Shown here: piece after piece, positions 18,111 to 24,000 of the stretch | How positions within the stretch are numbered: position 1 is the first letter of the stretch | Layout: each line of letters starts with the position of its first letter | NCBI GenBank assembly: GCA_019057635.1 | Contig: DXJL01000206.1 | Location: 11,112 to 35,111, forward strand | Direction of reading: 5' to 3' | Length of the DNA stretch: 24,000 bases | DNA from: Candidatus Heimdallarchaeota archaeon | GTDB lineage: Archaea > Asgardarchaeota > Heimdallarchaeia > Hodarchaeales > Hodarchaeaceae | Notes under the pieces: generated by a model | What the model saw: the letters and a program-made list of their open reading frames with translations, nothing else | What the model was told of the DNA's origin: nothing | Database searches by the model: none | Made by a program: the position numbers and the translations under genes

Positions 18111-18926
18111 ATGAAGATTGATAATTGGATTGAGAGAGGATTAGATTCATTAAGCTCAGGTGATTTTTTCGATGGGATGCAGCTGATTGAAGGAGCGATA
18201 AGACGAGTATTTAGATCAGATCATCCTGATACAGCTTTGAGAATATTTAAAAGGACTAGTGAGATTTTAATTCCAGAAGGACTTGAAGATTTATATTGCC
18301 AATTCATTTTAGGGACTATTCCTCTTTTCAAAAAGAAAGTCGGGAATATTGATTGGTTTGATCTTATCCCTGAATTATTGGTCATTTTAAGAGAAAACAA
18401 CATACCTTTGTGCATTCCCAAGTTTATTAACAAAATGATTTTGGAAACGAAAATTGCTCAGGAGGATTTTATTCAAACAATGATGTTAAATGTTGCTAAA
18501 AGAAAATATTCCAAAAAAGTTTTGGCAGATCTGTACTATTATCATGCTGGATTATTTGTTTCGAAACAGGAATATGTAAAGTGCTTTAATGTTCTGAAAG
18601 AGTGGAATGACTTAATAGCTTCTTCTCCACGAGTATTAACATATTTAACATTAGCTGAGTTAAATGCTTATGAAATTGAAGGTTGTGGTAAGTATCTAGA
18701 AGTAGCCAAATCGCTCCCTGATACCTCTCCGTATATTGAACTAGCGAGTCACCTCTACAAATCAGTTGAAACAGGTAATTATGATTTATACTCATCAATT
18801 ATTGTTGAATATACTGATATAGTCAATGCTAAACATGATGTATTACTCAAAGGTTTATGTGATGGAATATCCGATTTCTTAAAACCAAAAGGGAATAAAG
18901 GACTTTTCTCATTATTTGGAGGTTGA
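18111..18926 (+). CDS. Predicted all-helical TPR-like/alpha-solenoid protein, unknown function
   Basis: Repeated helical hairpins (IERGLDSLSSGDFFDGMQLIEGAIRRVF..., LADLYYYHAGLFVSKQEYVKCFNVLKEW...). ATG 18111 (MKIDNW) preferred to the track start at 18075. Confidence 0.8.
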   Translation: MKIDNWIERGLDSLSSGDFFDGMQLIEGAIRRVFRSDHPDTALRIFKRTSEILIPEGLEDLYCQFILGTIPLFKKKVGNIDWFDLIPELLVILRENNIPLCIPKFINKMILETKIAQEDFIQTMMLNVAKRKYSKKVLADLYYYHAGLFVSKQEYVKCFNVLKEWNDLIASSPRVLTYLTLAELNAYEIEGCGKYLEVAKSLPDTSPYIELASHLYKSVETGNYDLYSSIIVEYTDIVNAKHDVLLKGLCDGISDFLKPKGNKGLFSLFGG

Positions 18927-19454
18927 AATTACTTCAATTATCTTTTTTACAGCTTCTATTCCCGTTTCAGCATGATAAATTTGTTCTGAAACAGGAGGGT
19001 TTTGTAATGATCCCCGTTCGCCAATTTCCTGACTCCACCCAGGGATTGATGTGATACAAACTATTGGTCGATCGTAAAGAGCTGCATATGCTAATTCTGA
19101 AAGGGTACCGATATTTCCACCACAAGCAATGACACCCTCTGATGCGAGGACAACGAGAGGATTTCGTCCCCAATGTAAAAAAGTAGGAATTCTCACAGTT
19201 AAATAAGGAGATAATTCTTCATCTTCCACTCCTGCGGGAAGAATTCCAATCGATATACCTTTGGCATCGTATGCTCCTTTTGTAGCCGCTAACATCACTC
19301 CTCCTCTTCCACCACATATCAAAATTGAGCCAGAATGGGCAATTTCTTGACCAATTTCATATGCAATCTTGTATTGTAAGTCTGATCGTATTTGTGAATC
19401 CCCAATAACTCCAATCTGCAATTTTCTCTTATTCATACAATTCACTTTCATCAA
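18912..19454 (-). CDS. LOG-like/TIGR00725-type Rossmann-fold nucleotide-binding protein
   Basis: QIGVIGDSQI...ILICGGRGGVMLAATKGAYDAKGISIGILP; ACGGNIGTLSELAYA. Alternative start at Met 19436. Confidence 0.88.
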   Translation of the reverse strand: MMKVNCMNKRKLQIGVIGDSQIRSDLQYKIAYEIGQEIAHSGSILICGGRGGVMLAATKGAYDAKGISIGILPAGVEDEELSPYLTVRIPTFLHWGRNPLVVLASEGVIACGGNIGTLSELAYAALYDRPIVCITSIPGWSQEIGERGSLQNPPVSEQIYHAETGIEAVKKIIEVISTSK

Positions 19455-19998
19455 AATAGGTCTTTTTTCCTTCTACTGAGGGTTTAATTTTTTTCTTAGA
19501 ATTCGAAAAATTTATTTCCAACGAGTTTGGAATTAATTTCTCAAGAAATATAGCTAAGGAACCAACTTCAGAGTGTGGTTGATTTGTAACGGCAATATTC
19601 CAATCTGCATAATGAAATACCTTTGCAGGTACTTTTTCTCCTCCTACAATTACTAGAAGTTGTTTTAATGCTTCTCTAGAAGATTGTAACATTTTAAATT
19701 GTTCATTAGATTGAAAATCTTGTATGTTTTCGCCATACATTGTGAGATGTACTATTTTTCCCTTTTTTTGTTTCCAGTCCTCTAAGAATTGAGTCCAATC
19801 TTCATAAGGGAGAAATTCAATTGAAAAATCTCCTCCCCACTCCGAAACTACTTTAAAAACTGATTTGATAATGTTTTCATCAGTTTCCCCCGCAATTCTA
19901 ATACCTGCGGATCCAAAAGCACGAGCTACTAAGGCCAAATGAGTAGTAACTCGTTTATCACGAAAAATACGATGACCAAGTCGAAACACTGTTACCAA
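19429..19998 (-). CDS. trm56: tRNA (cytidine(56)-2'-O)-methyltransferase
   Basis: VFRLGHRIFRDKRVTTHLALVARAFGSAGIRI; VGGEKVPAKVFHYADWNIAVTNQPHSEVGSLAIFLEKL. Confidence 0.94.
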   Translation of the reverse strand: MVTVFRLGHRIFRDKRVTTHLALVARAFGSAGIRIAGETDENIIKSVFKVVSEWGGDFSIEFLPYEDWTQFLEDWKQKKGKIVHLTMYGENIQDFQSNEQFKMLQSSREALKQLLVIVGGEKVPAKVFHYADWNIAVTNQPHSEVGSLAIFLEKLIPNSLEINFSNSKKKIKPSVEGKKTYFDESELYE

Positions 19999-20021
19999 GT
20001 AGTGTTCACTCTTTCTATGAA

Positions 20022-20570
20022 TTATCTCTTTAGGTGGTTACGAATCGTATGAGCAAGAGTATTAAATGATTCGTCAACGTTTTCACCAGTTTTTGCTGAA
20101 GTTTCAAGATAGGGAACTTTAAATCTTATATCATACTGACCCTTAATTTCCTCAATATAAGCTTGGACGTCTTCTGGTGTGACAGGATCATCAACCTCAT
20201 TACGAAGATCCACTTTATTTCCTAAAATGGTTATTGGCATTATACCTCTTCCTGAATTGCGATAGAGTTCTTCTATCCAAGAAGACAGATTCGTAAAGGA
20301 ATCACGTCTAGTAATATCAAAGACTAGAAGTCCACCATGCGACCCTTTGTAATATAATTCTCGAACACTATTAAAACGAGGTTGTCCAGCCAAATCCCAA
20401 ATTTGGAACTTAACGCTTTTTTTTCCTTCTTCAGTAGAGATTTGGGTCTTCTTAACAGCAAAATCTGCGCCAATGGTCATCACATAACCACTCGAGAATT
20501 GTTTCCCAAGATATCGTTCACGTAAAGCTGTTTTTCCGACTGCACCATCGCCTAATAGACAAACTTTCAT
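20022..20570 (-). CDS. Ras/Rab-like small GTPase
   Basis: MKVCLLGDGAVGKTALRERYLGKQFSSGYVMTIGADFAVKK; G3 DLAGQ; G4 NKVD; G5 TSAKTGENV. Internal ATG at 20570 preferred over 20600. Confidence 0.94.
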   Translation of the reverse strand: MKVCLLGDGAVGKTALRERYLGKQFSSGYVMTIGADFAVKKTQISTEEGKKSVKFQIWDLAGQPRFNSVRELYYKGSHGGLLVFDITRRDSFTNLSSWIEELYRNSGRGIMPITILGNKVDLRNEVDDPVTPEDVQAYIEEIKGQYDIRFKVPYLETSAKTGENVDESFNTLAHTIRNHLKR

Positions 20571-20817
20571 CAATAACAATTTACAGGCTCCTATCTGCAA
20601 AACAATAGATTAAATCTGAATAGATATTGGGTATGAGATGAAGAACTAGATATAATTACGCCATAAATAGCCATTTTTTTAAAGAATTCGATATCCAATA
20701 TTAATGGAATTAGCAGTGGAATTTCGTAGAATTGCATTATATTGGTTAACTAAATTAATGATTTATAAATTTCTGATTGTTTGGATCGAGAATTATAAGC
20801 GTTTCTGGAATAACTCA

Positions 20818-21037
20818 CTCGTAACTATATTAGACGAGTTACCAGTCAAAAGCGAAGGGGGTAAGGCCAGTGGTTTTTGAAATTCGTGGAATCAAGCGAG
20901 AATGCCAACCCTATAGTAACAAGTAGTCCCTCGAAAATTAATTTTTCAGTTGAATCGTTTTTTTCCAGAATAGCGGGCATGTGACTCATCCTGTCCAGAA
21001 CGCGGTTTTACTGCGTTATCTGACAAATATAGCCATG
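20818..21037. repeat. Copy 2 (inverted) of the dispersed ~220-bp element
   Basis: Reverse complement of 20818-21037 aligns to 10611-10829, including a 38-nt identical run AACGCAGTAAAACCGCGTTCTGGACAGGATGAGTCACA. Confidence 0.88.
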
Positions 21038-21363
21038 AGTAGATGAATACTTCTTTCTATATAATAATAGAAAAGCAGAGAAGAGATTTTTGATTTGAAT
21101 GAGCAATTAATTGATTTTACTTATTAGTAAAGATAACCCTGTAATAGTCGATTCTAGTTGAATACAAAAATAAAAAAGGTTTTGATTTTATTTTCTATTT
21201 ACTTCATTATGATATCTAAAAGAAAATAGGTTGAGAATCACTTTTAAGATTCTGATAGAGATTATTGATCACTCTCCTACGAATGTGTATTATAATACAG
21301 TTACAAGCTTTATAGTTCATGATTCTCATAAAATACAGATATTGAGTAAGATAGGTAATAATT

Positions 21364-23655
21364 ATGGTCGGATTGAAAATTTCATCATCTGAGTTGAAAG
21401 ATATTATCGACATCCTCGGATTATCTGAGGATGAACAGGGTGTTGTATATATAAACTTGCTATCATTGGGTATGGCGACTCTAGGACAGTTAAGTCTTGT
21501 CTCTGGCATTGATTTCATCCAAACCCAAGAGGTTTTGAATGTACTCATAGGTAGTAACTTGGTAAAACGCATACCTGGGAAAGTTGGACGCTATATAGCT
21601 CTTCAACCCTTCTTAAAAGCATTTTTTCTATCTTATGACCCAATAACTCTCATTAATATCAGGAAAGAATCAAAGGACGCTTTTGAAAAGAGTACAGAAT
21701 TCCTTCAAAATATTTTTAATCAAACAAGTGAGAAATTTAAAGAACATACTTCATCCTTAACCCAGGATTTTTCAGAAAACCTAGAACCAATAACTGAAGG
21801 TTTTTCGACGATCTCAACTGACCAAAGAAATCTTGTCACGTCAATTAATGAGGCTATTCAATCGGATATTCAATTTGTAAATGATCAGATACAAACTATT
21901 ATTAAAAAAGCCTCGGAATTGTACAACCAAATCAATGATGAAAATATTGAAGAAATCGAAAAGCTTCCTGAGTTATTTAATAATATTCCAACAATAAAGA
22001 ACCAGCTCCAGAATGTTCAACAGCAGATTTCCTCTAGTTTTGAGGAAATACGAGCAGGACAGGTCGAGAAAGCTGATGTAATTAACAAGGCTTTTGGGGA
22101 GGAAATTGTACGACATATGAACGAAAATCATCGTATCATGGAAAATTTTAATTCTAACCTAGCCAAGAATCGTGAAAGTATTGAAGAATTTACGTATGAG
22201 ACTAAGAACAAGCTAGAATTAATTAGGAATAATGCGAAGGCTACTCAACCCAAATTTCAAGAATTCCGTTCTAGTTATCATGATATTGAAGAGAACCTTC
22301 AAACCTTATTCTCATCAATCCCCCTCAAATTAAACAACATAGAAAATGTGATTTCAGACCTAACGTCAGAAATAAAAAATCGAAAAATGTTTAGAGGAAA
22401 AGAAGAGTTTATTGATCAACTTAAATTAGTACAAGAAGAGAAATTAGCTATCTCTCAACTTATTTCCTCTTCTATGGGTAAAGCTGATCTATTAAATAAA
22501 CTTAATCAAGATTTGGCTGAAATTGAGGATAAAATTGTACATGCTACAGATGTGGGTATTGACTCAACAATTAGTGTGTTTGAAGAAAGAAGAAAATTGT
22601 TTCGAGAGCAATTAAATAACATAGAAAACGAATTTAACCTTAATTTAGGTAAAGAAGTTAATGATTCTTTGTTAACCATAAAACAGGGACTTAATGATCA
22701 AATAATGACTTTAAAAACTGATTCAGACAACTTATTCAGAAAATTAATACAGGAACTAAAATCAGAATTAGAAAATTCTACGAAAATATTTTCAGAGGTA
22801 ATCTTGAAATCTATTAACGAGTTCAAACAAAATTTCAAAGTGAATCTTGAAGTAAGTAAGACTAAAGTTATCGAAGAGAGTGAACTAGTCCAAAAAATTG
22901 CAAATATCGGTGAATTAAGCAATCAGGTAAAAATGAATCTCAATAATGCCTCTAAGAGTATAATAGATCTTGATACATCATTAAGTTCATATTTTTCAGG
23001 GTTAACGAATTTTACTTCCAACTATGCTGATGAACAGCTCAATACGTTCGTTTCCAACTTGAATGATTCAAAAATGAGAATCGATGAATTTCTTGAGCAG
23101 ACAGAGAGACAACTTGAACACGAAGTCTCTGCTTTGATCTTTACTATCAAGGAAATGAAACAGAAATTGAGCAAAGTAACAAACGTGATGAGTTCTGTTG
23201 AATTAAGTGAACTAGATCCCTCATTACTGGACACCGATCTTGTGATTGGAGAGCCAGTTATTATTTTGCTCCTTCGAGACTTAACTGTAAGGACAAAATC
23301 GTCTCTAACTATACTTATGCCTCGTCCTGAATTACAAACTTTAATAGCTGCCTCTAAATTGCCGTTTAAGACTCGTGTAACTATTATTGGGGATTTCCTT
23401 AAAGTACCTAAAACCACTCTAAAAAAAGTTACATCTTCCTCCAATATTCGCTTAAAACAACTTGATGGTATTGAATTTTGGGGGTGTATTCGAGATGCAG
23501 AAGAACTTCTGATTTGCCCTGAACCAATAAATCCAGAAAAAGAAGAATTAGTTGGAGTAATCACAACAAATGGAAATCTAGTTGACTTATTCACACAAGA
23601 AATTATTACCTATACTACTAGAAGCAGGGAAATTCTCCCTTCTGATTTAGAATAA
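21364..23655 (+). CDS. TrmB-like winged-helix protein with very long central coiled coil and C-terminal TrmB/PLD-like domain
   Basis: N-terminus LGLSEDEQGVVYINLLSLGMATLGQLSLVSGIDFIQTQEVLNVLIGSNLVKRIPGKVGRYIALQP (wHTH), about 500 aa of coiled coil, C-terminus SSLTILMPRPELQTLI...KTRVTIIGDF...IRLKQLDGIEFWGCIRDAEELLICPE...GVITTNGNLVDLF. Confidence 0.85.
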   Translation: MVGLKISSSELKDIIDILGLSEDEQGVVYINLLSLGMATLGQLSLVSGIDFIQTQEVLNVLIGSNLVKRIPGKVGRYIALQPFLKAFFLSYDPITLINIRKESKDAFEKSTEFLQNIFNQTSEKFKEHTSSLTQDFSENLEPITEGFSTISTDQRNLVTSINEAIQSDIQFVNDQIQTIIKKASELYNQINDENIEEIEKLPELFNNIPTIKNQLQNVQQQISSSFEEIRAGQVEKADVINKAFGEEIVRHMNENHRIMENFNSNLAKNRESIEEFTYETKNKLELIRNNAKATQPKFQEFRSSYHDIEENLQTLFSSIPLKLNNIENVISDLTSEIKNRKMFRGKEEFIDQLKLVQEEKLAISQLISSSMGKADLLNKLNQDLAEIEDKIVHATDVGIDSTISVFEERRKLFREQLNNIENEFNLNLGKEVNDSLLTIKQGLNDQIMTLKTDSDNLFRKLIQELKSELENSTKIFSEVILKSINEFKQNFKVNLEVSKTKVIEESELVQKIANIGELSNQVKMNLNNASKSIIDLDTSLSSYFSGLTNFTSNYADEQLNTFVSNLNDSKMRIDEFLEQTERQLEHEVSALIFTIKEMKQKLSKVTNVMSSVELSELDPSLLDTDLVIGEPVIILLLRDLTVRTKSSLTILMPRPELQTLIAASKLPFKTRVTIIGDFLKVPKTTLKKVTSSSNIRLKQLDGIEFWGCIRDAEELLICPEPINPEKEELVGVITTNGNLVDLFTQEIITYTTRSREILPSDLE

Positions 23656-23712
23656 GATCTGTTGTTAAGATGATCTATAAGAGTCTGTCAGGATTTTATA
23701 TTCATAATGAAT

Positions 23713-24000
23713 CTAGGATCCGCTTTTTGATTTTTCTAGGGCGGATTTTATGGATTCATCATCTTCAGCAACTCTTTCTGTCGAAAAAATAGTTATTTCA
23801 CCGTTTTGGACCTCAAAATCAATGCGTCCCTTGGAATATTCAACAGTAAAACCACTTTTCTGTCTTCTGAGATATACATCGCCGTATTCGCTTAAAGCAA
23901 CAATAAAACTCCCCGCAATGTTCTCTGTTGGCTGATCTACCATTTCTGTCTTGGGTACCTTCGTTTGTTCAGATTCTTTGGAAATCGGTAATTCTTCAGG
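23713..24000 (-). CDS. C-terminal part of an uncharacterised small beta-rich protein, possibly running off the window edge
   Basis: The frame stays open upstream of the listed Met at 23943 to base 24000 (PEELPISKESEQTKVPKTEMVDQPTENIAGSFIVALSEYGDVYLRRQKSGFTVEYSKGRIDFEVQNGEITIF...). Confidence 0.6.
   Translation of the reverse strand, partial: PEELPISKESEQTKVPKTEMVDQPTENIAGSFIVALSEYGDVYLRRQKSGFTVEYSKGRIDFEVQNGEITIFSTERVAEDDESIKSALEKSKSGS

Noticed and set aside
21216-21572. ORF of 118 aa on the minus strand
   Set aside because: It overlaps the start of the convincing 763-aa gene on the other strand and has no recognisable domain.
1-24000. CRISPR array, restriction-modification, toxin-antitoxin or phage genes
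   Set aside because: I looked for regularly spaced short repeats and signature motifs on both strands and saw none. The only dispersed repeat is the inverted pair at 10.6 and 20.8 kb.

Overview
This AT-rich window carries about 20 recognisable protein genes, one tRNA and several non-coding elements. The gene content is archaeal: a 2-oxoacid:ferredoxin oxidoreductase operon, Elp3, Trm56, Dph6, a type-IV-pilin-like protein and a GPT/MraY-family transferase. The combination of a gelsolin-domain protein, two Ras/Rab-like GTPases and an MglA/Arf-type GTPase points to an Asgard archaeon; this lineage call is inference. The centre of interest is a minus-strand cluster (about 11.8-17.9 kb): gelsolin-domain protein -> Rab-like GTPase (4-nt ATGA overlap) -> MglA-like GTPase -> TsaC/Sua5 -> 612-aa protein with a candidate N-terminal longin-like domain -> pilin-like protein. 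Three non-coding observations stand out. First, a roughly 220-bp conserved element occurs twice in opposite orientation (10611-10829 and 20818-21037); copy 1 lies inside a 362-bp unit with terminal inverted repeats. Second, a 105-nt intergenic element at 12896-13000 has nested perfect complementary arms. Third, a 763-aa protein has a TrmB-like winged helix at the N terminus, a very long coiled coil and a C-terminal TrmB-like domain. All product calls were made by reading motifs by eye; no database search or folding program was run.
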